Shown here in pieces: positions 24,958 through 38,200 of a stretch of DNA of 64,000 nt (positions within the stretch are counted from its first letter, which is position 1; every line of letters starts with the position of its first letter). A program made the translations under genes and the position numbers. Source of the stretch: Balanoglossus misakiensis (lineage: Eukaryota > Animalia > Hemichordata); NCBI GenBank assembly GCA_040954595.2, contig CM082582.2, positions 6,760,063-6,824,062 on the forward strand. Direction: 5' to 3'. The notes under the pieces were generated by a model. It worked only from the letters and a program-made list of their open reading frames with translations, ran no database searches and was not told the DNA's origin.

Positions 24958-27210
24958 TCATTCTTTTCTAGCAATAGATGTTATGGTATAAAAAGAGAAA
25001 ATAAATTCGTCCCCACTCCTGTCGCCCTTGTCTGTTACAAACTTGAACACATCTTCAAAATATTCTTCTTTCTTGTCGTCGGGAATCCTGACAAGCTGTC
25101 CAACAAAAGCCTGGACCATTGCTGCAAGAGAATGGATACATTGTGTATCGGATCACCAACTTAGCACGACTAACTTGCTAAGTTATGATAAACGTCGTCG
25201 CTATTTATATACGGTACACCAGAAGTTGCAAATTGTCGTAAAAAAGCCACTTTTAATAACACTGTGACGTTTACCTCTGGCATCGTCTGGCTTCAATGGA
25301 AATGCATTTGGACTGGCTGAACAGCTAATATCCTTGAAGCCAATTTCAGCCAATACTCTTTTGAAGTCATCACTGTTGCCATTGAAAGGGAAGTATTGCT
25401 GTTCATATCCCTGCAACGAAAAATTACTCGTTATTTTTGGTTCATGTGAAACTGTATGTTATTGGATATGTACTACTGTATTCTAAGTGGTCCGTGGAAT
25501 AATAATTCTGGTATTTTTGCAAGCTCATATGAAAATGAGCATCCAGGATAAAATGCTCCCCATTTCCCCCCTAAGTTGATCGTATCTTCCAAAGTTTATC
25601 CCGTGCTGCTTCACAATCACTTGAAGTTCATATCAACCTCCGGAGAATTAACAGAAGATTTACTTTAGTCGTAAAAAGCCGACTGTTGTTTTAGTTGTGC
25701 GCGCGACAAAGTGGTACATGTATTTTAATAACCATCTGCAAAATAGTAAAAACTAACCGGACTACTTTCTATATGTAAACATTGATCGCCATCGCCACAG
25801 CTTGGTTATGATCGCCGAAACGTGGGGAATTTTCAACATTCTGGCACGTTATTGTATTATCCTTCCTAACTTTTGTCAGAATAACAAAACATTAAGTTGT
25901 CAGTATGTTTGGGAACCTCGAAATTTACGAAAAGCTCTCGCTATCGCAGTGTTCATGCGTATTGCTGATGCGACCTCGCGACCTGAGCGATGAACTGACC
26001 CAACATGCCCTTACTTTGCATAATAAAGGATGCGTAAATTTGCCCAATCAACGACCTTCTCTGGGGTGCATAGTCTCTGCCGCATCACTGTACTGAAAAT
26101 CAAAACGCCATGATCGAAATTTCCATTTTCGTCAAATAATCCGAGGAACATATGCATTAATAGCAGAATTTCATGACAACTTACGTATAGCACATATGGC
26201 GCGCAGAGGTAACGAAGTTCTGTCATATGGTATGAAAATGCTTTATATTAGTTGAGGATCCCGAGCTCCATTCAAAATATTTAACATGCACATAAACGGT
26301 GTAAACAGTGAACGGTGAGTTCAGTGTTCAAAATACTTTGATTTTGAAACTTCCATTAGGAATCAGTGGCCGTTCCACAACCAGATAATATGAACCTTGA
26401 TATTACCTCCATGTATTTTCTCCATTTGGGATGTTCAATGTATTCACCAATGTCCGCGATCGTATCAATCACATCAGGGTTTACTCCTGTAATATTCAGA
26501 TAGCACTGCCCACCGGGTTTCAAACTCTTATATATACCCTGCAGTGGTGTCTTGTGGTCAGGCATCCAGTGCAAGGCATAGTAAGCAAGGACCTTATCAA
26601 ACGAGTTGGTGTACTCCTCAAACGTTGTCAGCTTGATAGCATCACCGAGTTTGTATGTGATGTTTTCTGCTGAAAACTTCTCCTTGGCTTCTACGATCAT
26701 CTTCGGTGAGATATCAAAAGCTGTGCATTATGGAAAGGACACGGAAACTGAGAAACTCGATCGTAACCGTCCCCTTATTTACAAAATGTAGAAACGGAGA
26801 GAGATAATGGCTCACTACAAGTACAGATGTGTCAGTAGTAACAACTATTCATTTTTAAAAGAAATTAGTGCAACGTCGATAGCTGATGTAATATTAGAAG
26901 TGTTAATTAGAATGCCACGCTCAAATGTAACCAGCCTTTCCCAGCACGGTAAACGCTTACATTACAGGGTCTGAAAACAACTCTTCTATACATGCGCCGT
27001 TTTGAAGTCGTGAACTTGGGATAAGCAACGCTCACCTGTTACTGATCTCACTTGTTCAGCGACAAGTTTCGTCAGCGTACCGGGCCCACATGCAACATCT
27101 AGTAGATTGTCATTCTTGTCAAGGGTCATGTCCTTGGAGATTGCTTCTATGCTGGCTAGTGCAACCTTATATCTTTGAGTAGAATAGTGCTTTAAATTGG
27201 TGTCGTTCAT
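24958..27210 (-). CDS. Class I SAM-dependent methyltransferase, JHAMT-like, copy 2 (~262 aa)
   Basis: Exons 27036-27210, 26407-26720, 25275-25410, 24958-25121; same intron positions and phases as copy 1. LLDVACGPG, YYALHW, LKPGG; ends IARKE*. Confidence 0.92.
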
Positions 27211-27689
27211 TATGTCAAATGTACTACTACCGTTATATATATAAGATTCTCCAGTCCACGAATGATGACATTTGATAATGGATAATGTGTTCGGGTACTA
27301 AAATCAAAACAGAATAATCATTGTAAGAAGCACTTTGGCAGCTTTAAGTCGAACGAACTCAGCCACGACGAGGTCGAGTGTTGGTCACGTAGGTTATTTT
27401 TACCCTTTGTAGTTTGCAACCCTTTCGTCTGTCTGACCACCTTCAATGCAATTTGCATATTTCTAGCAGCTCTGAAATCAGGTCACTGCTTTCGTCAACA
27501 ATTTAGCCCTTTTTAGGGCAGGAAATGCAGGAAATGAGCATGAACTTGTGTTAACACTCAACATACCTGCTGTCTATGATGGCAAACAAGCTTTTAACTG
27601 ACATTATTACATAAAAGATCACAAAATTTCCCAGCACCCCAAAACATATACCGGTAAAACCCCAGCAGCTTTTCCCAGCCCATTTTTTT

Positions 27690-27900
27690 AAAATCAGCAA
27701 AATTCACGAAATGGTCAAAGCGTTTCAACAATCAGAAGGGATGCATTAACAATTGGTCGACTGGCCTCTTTTTGTAAAATGCTTACCTTATCCTATTCTA
27801 TAGTGTCAAGAAATCGCCCTGTCGATAGCCGGCGACGCCATACACATACCGTCCACTTCGAATAGGCTTGTCTAGATATATGCGCATGCGCAAATAAAAA
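27690..27900 (-). promoter_or_regulatory. Putative promoter and non-coding first exon of methyltransferase copy 2
   Basis: NRF1-type palindrome TGCGCATGCGCA at 27881-27892 and a minus-strand donor AAG|gtaagc near 27786. A homologous block recurs upstream of copy 3 (about 30940-31125, cgcatgcgca) and copy 4 (about 35975-36100). Confidence 0.5.
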
Positions 27901-28568
27901 CAATCGCAATGTACAGATCAAGCATTCAAGGAACTAAATGACAGGACAACATCTGTTAAAGGGACAGACTCGCTCTCTTTTGACTTTTTCGGTCGATTGT
28001 GTTTTATAGTGACTGTTTGACTTGTTGAATCATGCTTGGTCAGCTGTAAACATACTCTACTATGCTTGTAGGCAGACCAGATTAAACATTCTAGGAAAAG
28101 TTTGGTTAGCCTATTAGGTACATGTACCTCCAAACGAGTCATGCCTGAATATACACTGTTACATACAGTTTGTACAGGCGGAGCATTTCATATAGACAAG
28201 AATTACATATTTTGTGGCAATATTTATTTGCTATGGCTAAACAAGTGTCCGATCCTCGAAGTAGGTATATGGTCAAGAGGGCACTAAAGAAATCCTTTCT
28301 GTGCATGCAGCAAAAGGGATACATTTCTTACACTTGAAATTATGAATCATCATTATTTTGTACACTGAGAGACTTTATGCAAGGATTCAATGCTTTCTAG
28401 ATAAAAAGCAAAATCTGCACTGGAATATGCCCTGCAGAGTTCTACAGATTCTATACAAAAAGAAAGTAAAACGTTAAGATTCTAACACGGAGTTTTGCAA
28501 TGTGTTATTTTTGTTCAGTTGTTTGCCACATACATGTCCTCACATTCCAATGATATATTTGACCATCA

Positions 28569-29999
28569 TTATTTTCTTGCAATAGCTGTTATGGCATAAA
28601 TTGAGATGATGTATTCGTCCCCATTCTTCTCGCCCTTGCCAGTGACAAACTTGAATACATCTTCCAAATATTCTCCTTTCTTGTCTTCGGGAATCCTGAC
28701 AAGCTGTCCAACAAAACTCTGTGTCAATCCTACAAGAGAATTGATTGTTTTATTGGATCATCAAAGTACAAACAAACTTGTTAAGTTATGACAAACGTCG
28801 TCGCTAATCACACCAGAAGTTGCAAATTGACAAAAACACTCTTTGAACATGACTGTGGTGTTTACCTCTGGCATCGTCTGGCTTCAACGAAAATGCACTT
28901 GGACTGGCTGTACAGTTGATATCCTTGAAGCCAATTTCAGTCATTATTTTTTTTAAATCATCACAATTGCCATTGAAAGGGAAGTATTGATGTTCATACC
29001 CCTGCAAGGAAAAATTAATTGACATTTTCGGTGCGTGTGAAACTTTATGGTGTGGCAGGTAATTGAAGCATACAATGACAATGACAAAGATATAAGGAAG
29101 AAACTTCATGTGGGTGTTAACCAAATCCACAGATGAGTCTGTTAGAATAACTAATCGTGTGTCCATGCATTTCAACCATTTATTTTGATATGCTGAAATA
29201 TGACAATATTAGTATAACATCTTTTAAACTCAAAAAATATCAGTAACCTTCATATTATACCTGCATATATTTTATCCACTTCGGATGTTCTGCGTATTCG
29301 GCAATAACTCCCACCGTATCAATCACATCAGGGTTCACTCCGGCAGTGTTCACATAACATTGCCCGCCAGGCTTCAAACTCTTATATATACCCTGCAGTG
29401 GCGTCCTGAGGTCAGGCATCCAGTGCAAGGCATAGTAAGCAAGGGCCTTATCAAACGAGTTGCTGTACTCCTCAAACGTTGTCAGCTTGATAGCATCACC
29501 GAGTTTGTATGTGATGTTTTCTGCTGAAAACTTCTCCTTGGCTTCTTCGATCATCTTCGGTGAGATATCAAAAGCTGTGCAATGGGACATGACACAGACG
29601 CGAATAAACAAGATCAAAACGCCCCCTTATTTTCAACATAGAAGTGGTCGGAAAGCTATGGTATATATTTGAAAAGCGTCAATGATTCCTTTCGATAATA
29701 AAAACGTGTACGCTTGCTCACAGGTAGTTGATCGCAATTTGTTCTGAAACTATGATTTTTATGCACTAAACTCTTCTACACTTGAATTATGACATCGTGA
29801 CTTTGGGATAAGCAAACAACTAACCTGTTACCGATTTCACTCGTTCAGCGACAAGTTTCGTCAGCGTACCGGGCCCACATGCAACATCAAGTAGATTGTC
29901 ACTCTTGTCAAGGGTCATGTCCTTGGCAATTTCGTCAATGCTGGCTAGTGCCAATTGGTATCGGACAGGAGCATATCCCTTTAAATTTGTAAAATTCAT
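28569..29999 (-). CDS. Class I SAM-dependent methyltransferase, JHAMT-like, copy 3 (~261 aa)
   Basis: Exons 29825-29999, 29261-29574, 28866-29001, 28569-28729; GT-AG, frame intact. LLDVACGPG, YYALHW, LKPGG. Confidence 0.92.
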
Positions 30000-32829
30000 T
30001 CCGTCGAATGGACTACCTGTACTATAAGATTCTTCAGTCGACGAATGATGACGTTTGATAATGGCTAATATGTTCAGGTATACTAAAATGAAAACAGAAT
30101 AATCTTCATAGGAAACATTTGCCAGCTTTAAAAACAACGTGCGTACAAAAAGCACTGTCATGTAAAAGTTAAACGAAGGTCATGTCTAAGTGTGTATGGT
30201 TCTTGACACAAAAAGTAAAATGCAAAGTGAGGTGCATAAGAAGCACCAAGATGCCGGTCATTGGTGTGTTTATTTCGTAACTCATTTCATATGCTTAGTT
30301 AGGCCAAATTAAAGTGTAAACGGTTACAGCTTAGGAGCCTTTAAGTGTAACGACCCCAGCCACGCGACAAGGCCGTGTCGTATTTAGGTCACGAAGGTTG
30401 GTCTGCATAGGCTTTTAATAGTAGCCCAACTATAGGTCATCGCGTTCGTCAATAATTTGGCCTTTGTAACTAACATATTACAGACAATGAACACAAAACT
30501 ATATACCCAGCACCCTTTCCCTATTTAAACATGCTGGACCATAGAAAATAGATTTGCATGTAAAGGGTGGGCCATTTGAAATCCTGACCTGGGTTGGAAG
30601 AGTGATTGATCATTTGTTGTTATTTTGTTTTTATCAGACCAAGTGGGCATAATTATTTCCACGTTCTGAATTGTGGCAACTTTTTAGCGTCTTTTTGGGG
30701 TCTCTTTTCACAAAAAATGTGTAGAGTCATTGGCCCACATGAAATGTCTTACGTTCGATAATACATGTAGGCCTATGTCGGAACAATTTGTACATACGTA
30801 ATATGAGAGCTAATTTAAAGAGCTACCTTTAAAGAACGCGTTTTTAGAGAGGGGTGATCATTTTGACACTACATTTGTATACCCGCTGCGGATAGACGAA
30901 GCACTGGCGTGGCAGCGTTTCCCCACCCGATTTTTTTAAATGCATGAAATAATCTGAGAAATTCCTATTATAGAAACTAGTCAACAATCCGGAGGGTTGC
31001 ATAAGCAATAGGGAGTAAATGCATATCTTACCCCTTTTCTGGAGTCGAGAAACGACCTTGTGATCACCTACCAACACCCCGCACAGGTACACAGGCTTGT
31101 CTATATAGGAACACGCATGCGCAAATAAAGTATATAGCAATATGTCGGTCAGACACCAAAAGGAACGAAAAGACACTACATATGCAGACTAAATATAAAA
31201 GTGAATGAAAGATTTACAGTTACCTTAAAATCAAGAGAATCATTGACAGTGGAGGGAATTGTCCGAATGCACTTTGTTACATAATGTTTAGGTCACACTC
31301 GGGGCGTTGTGTATTGCGAAGCCTTTCATATATACACATACACATGTATAAGGATAATCGCTTTTACATTTGCTTTGGGCAAACAAGTGATCTTAAAGTA
31401 GGCATTATGTCTAGAGGTCACTGACAGAATTATTTTTCAACGTACAGCAAACAGGGATAAATTTCCGCAGTTATGATACATCATTATATTGTACACTGAG
31501 AAACTTTATGCAAGTATGCTTATTTCATGTGTTATTGATATCACAGAAAGGTAAAACGGGTGAATTTGCACACATTCAGAGAAGTACTGACCAAAGTGAG
31601 TCTATCAAATTGTTCCTCCCATATCATTCGGGTTTGAAAGCCACTTTACGTCTTCAGGTGAAAATATTGTTCTTTTTACAGGGCAGAGGATTCACACAGA
31701 GCAGAGTACACATTCCTTACACCAGATGACTTTGTCAAGCGACGTTTATTCGGTTTGTTTCGTTTCAGAATTATAGTAATCGGATCTATTACAAAAAGCA
31801 GATAGATAGCGAGACTTACAACATGTAAAAGACCCACTTCTGCTCGATAATATTTGCATCACCCATATCACACTATTGGTGTTGCATCAACACAGTATGT
31901 AATAAGTAACCCAACATGCAACATGCTAACCAAAATTACAATGACGCCTAGGCCTATGTAATGAGGCTTAGCCAAACCTGTAATAAAAGTTAAACTCTAT
32001 ATGTAATAGTATCTCAATATGTAATCAAATTTAATAATGATTAGATAATAAAACAACACCCTATATGCATAAAAGAAAATGTAACCCAATATTGTAATAC
32101 AATTTATTTCAATAACTAACTCTCCGTACCCATTGTCTTATATATATAGACTTTTACCCCGAATCATTGAATATAACTTAAATGTTGTAATATATCTTAA
32201 AATTTACAGTGAATGTTCCTATGGTCGGTGTTGGCAAGTAATGGTCGGATAGGATGACGTTTCTGGAGACGATTGCTTGAGAATGACCCACGTAAAGCCA
32301 CTTTTTGGACGCTCGAAGGTTCGGCAATTGATCTGTTTTCAAGTAAGCTATATCAAAGAGACGTGTTGAGATGAGGCGGGAAAGATTTCAGTTCTATTGG
32401 CTCCGTGAGCAAATATGGTCGCACGAAGTACGCACATATCGGATGACGTCATCTTCGAATGTGGATTGTTTTGTATGGATAACTAACAATTTTCCGTTAT
32501 ATTTGTGAAAGTCCTTTGTAATACGGAAAACGGCGACAATTGGAATCAACACTGAGTTTTACAGATTCTATTCAAAATATTACCTTAAGATTCTTATACG
32601 GAATTTAGAAATGTTATTTTTGTTCATTTGTTTGTCCCATGAATGTTCTCATATTCCAATGATATATTTAAGCAATAAACCCCGCCGTGGGCGGGTATAC
32701 ACGATCCTGTATACACGATTCTGACAAAGTGGTGTATATAACGTTAAAATTGTAAGTTTCATTTTGAAATGTTATGTTTATACTTAATTGTTAACGTTTG
32801 TCCTCATATTTCAATGATATATTTGACAA

Positions 32830-35256
32830 TTATTCTTTTCTAGCAATAGCTGTTATGGTATAAAATGAGAAAACATAGTCGTCCCCATCCCTCCCGCCCT
32901 TGTCTGTAACAAACTTGAACACATCTTCCATGTATTCTTCTTTCCTGTCTTCGGGAATCCTGATAAGCTGTCCAACAAAGGTTCGAGTATATGCTGCAAA
33001 AGAACGGATAGTCACTGTGTTTAGGGTTTTCAAAGGTGCAAAGTTATAACAAACGTCGTTGTTATATGAGGAGCAGCAAATTGGCCGACACATCTTTTGA
33101 ATTAGACCGTGATGTTTACCTTTTGCATCGTCTCGCATCTTGAATGGAAAAGCAGTTGGACTGGCTGTACTATTTATATCCTTGAAGCCAACTTCAGTCA
33201 TTAATCTTTTGAAGTCGTCACTGTTGCCATTGAAAGGGAAGTATATCTGTTCATACCCCTACAACGAAAAATTGGTCGATATTTTGGTGCTTGTGTGAAT
33301 TTATACCAAGGAGTGCAAATGAACATCGACTGGGGATCCCATGCAAGCCTGGTCCTAAAATATTCAACATGTGTTTCACCTGCTCCGTACCTTTCTACCA
33401 ATACGTATCAAATTTACTTTTGTCGGGAGTAAATACTGACAAAAGATAATCTAGTTACAGTACTGCTTGTCAAATCAAGCATACATTGAATTTTCGAGAC
33501 ACAATTGACATCGGAACTGTACCCGTCCCGAACACAGCAGACAACTAGTCTAGTGAACAATGACATAATCGGAAAAAAATTAGCCAAGGTCAACGATCTT
33601 GTGCAAAAACCATTCTGATCGATGCAATGACAAAAATATGAGCAGGATACTTCATTGGATGTTCATCAAATCCACAGCAGTCTTCCGTGGTATATATTAA
33701 GTAGATACAAATCCAACGGTATTGTTTAGGAAGTGTTATCCAATACGTGCGCATTATAGGCATGGTGTTTTTTATATGGTTTCCTCGCGTAATCGTGATA
33801 CCATGTTGGGTGTATAACAGCCTATATACCGAAAACAAATCATAAGTGCGTTCTTGGGCGCCGGGCACATTATTATCCTGGGGAAAGAATGCTTGCAGAG
33901 AGAATATTTTCATGACGTCGTACGGGACTTTGACACTTTCACTTGCCTCATCACTACTGGATAGCCAACCACATAGTACCGAACGCAAGATCTAAAGAAG
34001 TGTTTACTCAAGCAGGTCGGAAGTGGTCGAGATTTCGTCTGGGTCACTTGCTTTCGGGTGGGGTTCTACCGAGGCCCGTTTAGTTATACCATGCACGGTA
34101 GCAGTCCAAAGGCGTTATGATACACAAATAACACTATAATAGCAAGTGACATTGATTTCTCTAAAGAAATAAGATATGATGTATGATCATTAATATTACC
34201 TCCATATATTTTCTCCACTTTGGATGTTCAACGTATTCGACAATGTCTGCCACTGTATCAACCACATCGGAGTTTACTGCTAAAATATTCACATAGCACT
34301 GCCCGCCCGGCTTCAAACTCTCATATATACCCTGCAGTGGTGTCTTGTGGTCAGGCATCCAGTGTAAGACATAGTAAGCATGGACCTTGTCAAACGAGTT
34401 GCTGTACTCCTCAAACGTTGTCAGCTTAGAAGCATCGCCCAGTTTGTATGTGATGTTTTCTGCGGGAAAGTTGTTCTTCGCTTCTTCGATCATCTTCGGT
34501 GAGATATCAAAAGCTGCAGTGCAATGGGACATGACACGGAAATGTTGATAAGCACTGCCAAAGAAACAAAAGGTCTCCGTCCTCGTTTTGCAAAATTGCC
34601 AGATACCCCTCGGCTCCGTTTCAACAAAAGACAGAAGAGACCAGATAAAACAATCCGAGACAAGTTGAGTCCAACCCTTGTGATGGTCGGATACTTCATA
34701 TATACCATATGAAAAGGTCCCATTCAGCCATTTCCGATTTGACGGGAATAAAACCAAAATTCACCATGACTATGTTTTCATTTATTTATCGATTTGAAAA
34801 GCGTCCTCAGTAATTTTTTCAATTAATGTAACTCGATCCTTAAAACAGGAAAATGCTCAACTTTATAGAGTCTTACCCCTTGCTCCACACACACATTCAC
34901 AGACGCACGCACACACATTCGTAGTTGATGACAATTTGTACTGTAACTATATGATTCATTATGCAGTTGGAGTAATATATTCTCACGTCACGTGGACGTT
35001 GCTAACGCAGTACATAATCTGGTATACATGTAATACGCATTTCAATTTTGACGTCGTGAACTTGGGATAGGCAAAACCCACCTGTCACCAATTTCACTTG
35101 TTCGGCGACAAGCTTGGTCAGCGTACCGGGCCCACATCCAACATCCAGTAGACTGTCATTCTTGTCGAGGGCCAAGGCCTTGGAGATTGGTCCAATGCAG
35201 GCTAGTGACAATTGGTATCGAAAGGGGGCATATACATTTGCATTGGAAACATTCAT
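32830..35256 (-). CDS. Class I SAM-dependent methyltransferase, JHAMT-like, copy 4 (~263 aa)
   Basis: Exons 35082-35256, 34200-34513, 33120-33258, 32830-32993; GT-AG, frame intact (one extra codon in the third coding exon). LLDVGCGPG, YYVLHW, LKPGG. Confidence 0.92.
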
Positions 35257-38200
35257 TATGCTGAACGTACGGATCGTCCAGTCCACGAATGATGTTTGAT
35301 AATGGATGATACGTTCGGGTACTAAAATAAAACAATAGAAATCAGTGCAAGAAACATTTCATTAACCAGCTTAAAAACATGACTATGTGCAATGTGCCCA
35401 CATAGAGCACTGTGTTTAGAAGTGAAACCAACGGTCATAGCATAGTATATCCTTCATGAACATAAAGTACACACCAACAGTGAGGAGCCATCATATATAT
35501 CATACGGAGCACCAAGATGCCAGTCGACGTTAGCGATGAACTTTATGTGGTTGAAGCCAATATGCAGAGACTGTCATTAAAGACACGCAACTTTGACACA
35601 ATCTATGATGTGGTACCGACGATATCATCTTCTGTATACTGTTCGCGCACTGGGTCCGTCTACCTGCCACGTGGCATGTCTGTGTGTTGTGCCAGCTAAG
35701 TATCCAAGAGCGGCTAACAACACAAAATCCTGTCACCAGAGCCACTCTTTGTTTTAAAGAACGCGTTTTCGTTCTTAGAGACCTGGTTTTCTTTGAACGG
35801 CTAAAGACTGGCCATATTGAAAATATGTCCGCCGATAAACGATATTGTCCACCGATAAACGATAAGGCCTATAATACATGTAAATGGTATGAGCTATAGT
35901 ATAGCGTGTCCACTGAAACATGTTAATATAAACACCCAAAATGTGAAAGCTTTTCGTCGCCCGATTTCTTTCAAATCAGCAAAAATAATCTGAGCATTTT
36001 CAATGATAAAACTGGTCAACAATCGGGAGGGGTGCATTAAACAATCGGTCGACCACGACTGGCATCTTTTGCGTAAATGCAAACCTTACCCTTCTGTGTA
36101 GCGAGAATTCGTCCAGTGAAATGAAATCGTCAGAGGGCCGTCTGCGTTAAATATGCTTCCTGCGCAACCATTACATATAAATTACACGTATTAAACCCTT
36201 TGTGAAACCCCGGCGCAGCTGTGCCAAGGATTTGGATTCACGGTATATTTAATGCTTATGGATGTTTATTTGGAGAAGTGTATACTTGGGGACAACGTAC
36301 TTTGTTTGCGATATTGGTTTCTCGGTTGTGGTCGTGAGCACGAGTATGCAGATAATCTCGCGTGCTGTTGTTGACAGCGCCTTCATCAAGACTAGAAATA
36401 TAAATATGGATATGCAACCAGAGGTTTGGGCCGTTTCCTACACTCCGGAACTTCACCCGAATCACCAAGTGGGCAACTGTTGACACGCAAGTGACCACAG
36501 TAACTAAACCCCTCGAACATGCTAGTCTATTCTAACAATGACAAGTTACTATCATAAAAAATGTCATCAGTAAACTGCTATTACTCCACTAATTGTTTTG
36601 TTTCATTATATCTATCATTATATACAGATAATTATATAATATAATCAAGAAATCACCATTGTGGCCATTAATGTCTCATGTGATTTATGCCACTATTTGA
36701 AAGTTGCAATTTGCTTAATATGGAGAAGAAAATAATTGTTTTTATGAGTTAGTTTCATCAAATGATAATGAAGAATAATTATATGAAACGCGTCGATGTA
36801 CACTTGCTGTAGCGTATAGCGTTGCAAACTTATCATATCCATCGGTAATGTTCCAAGGGTATCGGAATATGTAAATTAGCACACCGCAAACCGATCGACC
36901 CTATACCTACATGTATATGTATAATGACCGCTAGTAGCTATTTTTTCAAAACCACATGCCCTCACTCGTCGGAGAACATCAAAGGAGGTAAGATAAAAAA
37001 AGAAGAGAAAAGCATGATCTTACAAGGCAAGTTAGTTCAGAATGCAGGTGATCGCTAGCTTATCAGATTCAAAGGCTAACATTACCGTGTACCTGGTCAA
37101 CATTACTGACACTAATTAGTAACGCCCGATGGTTTTCAATTTTGAATTAAATCATGGATGGAGGCACATTGGGATGTTATCAGACTGTTATTCAATTCAA
37201 GACGTCTGCCTGTAAAGGGCTTGAAGGGCACGAGTCAAAATATATCTTTCTTTAAGTGTTTCTGAGCACGTATTATACAGTAAGTCAATATTGACATGCA
37301 TGTATTTAACTTTCTACAGGCAAGTATAGCTCTGATGACTGTATCAGTACACACTGCACGTCAACGCGGCGTGTGTGTTGCATATTAATCACCTCAGCTT
37401 CTGGATACCGAATCTAGGACTTTCTGTACCAGAATACTTCAATACATAATGTCCCAAGGACCAATCTATGCTATCTTGTTTATGGCTGCGTGGTAGGTTT
37501 GGGACAGCTGATTGTTAATGGCAGTTTTCTTAGTGTCATTGAATTTTCTTCAATTTGTTCCTCGACTTCATCAGGTGACCAAAAGCCAGGCTCGCTTTCC
37601 CCTCCCAACTCTATCAAAACTACTTCCATAGACGGTTGATGGATTTCATTTGCATTCGTGGCCTCGTGCGTGCCGACGCTAGGGGTTGTCGAACCCAGGA
37701 TTTTCTTCAACAAGATAACGTATACATACGTAATGGAGATGTGGCCTGCTCAGGGAAAATAATTAGCGGGACTGTGTGGTTGATTAAACGAGATTTATCT
37801 CGCGGCTGATCAAATCAAACTTGCTGATCTAGGTTGACTGCATTCTGAGCGATAGACGTTCACTTGCCCTCTGTATCATCTTCTCTCCGAGCGAGTGCCA
37901 CGTACTCCGCGGACAGGCTTGGCGAGCCCCCACACTGGTGATTACCTAAGTCTACACCGAACTTCTTGAAATAACACGACAACAGTTCTAACCGGGGTGG
38001 TGAAACGACTCTCGTTTAATAACTTGAATGCGTAAAGAGAGAGAGGGTATGTAAAAGCGATACATTAGGTCCTGCATTCTCGCAAAACTCCCGGGAAAAT
38101 AATGTGAAGGATGACCTACAGACTGTATTGAAAATGGTGTCGATTAATTTTTTTTCTGCCAGGGACTTAAATTTTGAGGACTAAGGATTACTCGCTGCCA

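Noticed and set aside
21493-29527. Three similar plus-strand ~80-aa ORFs (21493, 26431, 29285)
   Set aside because: They are antisense shadows of the conserved methyltransferase exon, not a separate gene family.
29820-30161. Extended N-terminus for methyltransferase copy 3, and similar extensions in copies 1 and 4
   Set aside because: The upstream reading frame is not conserved among copies (in-frame TAA in copy 2) and crosses a splice acceptor; the shared MN.. ATG is the more likely start.
30561-30600. Harbinger-like terminus agggtgggccatttgaaatc
   Set aside because: No matching second TIR or TSD found, so element boundaries cannot be supported.
31810-32200. Spaced repeats as a CRISPR-like array
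   Set aside because: The motifs are short, degenerate and irregularly spaced, the context is eukaryotic, and there are no cas genes.
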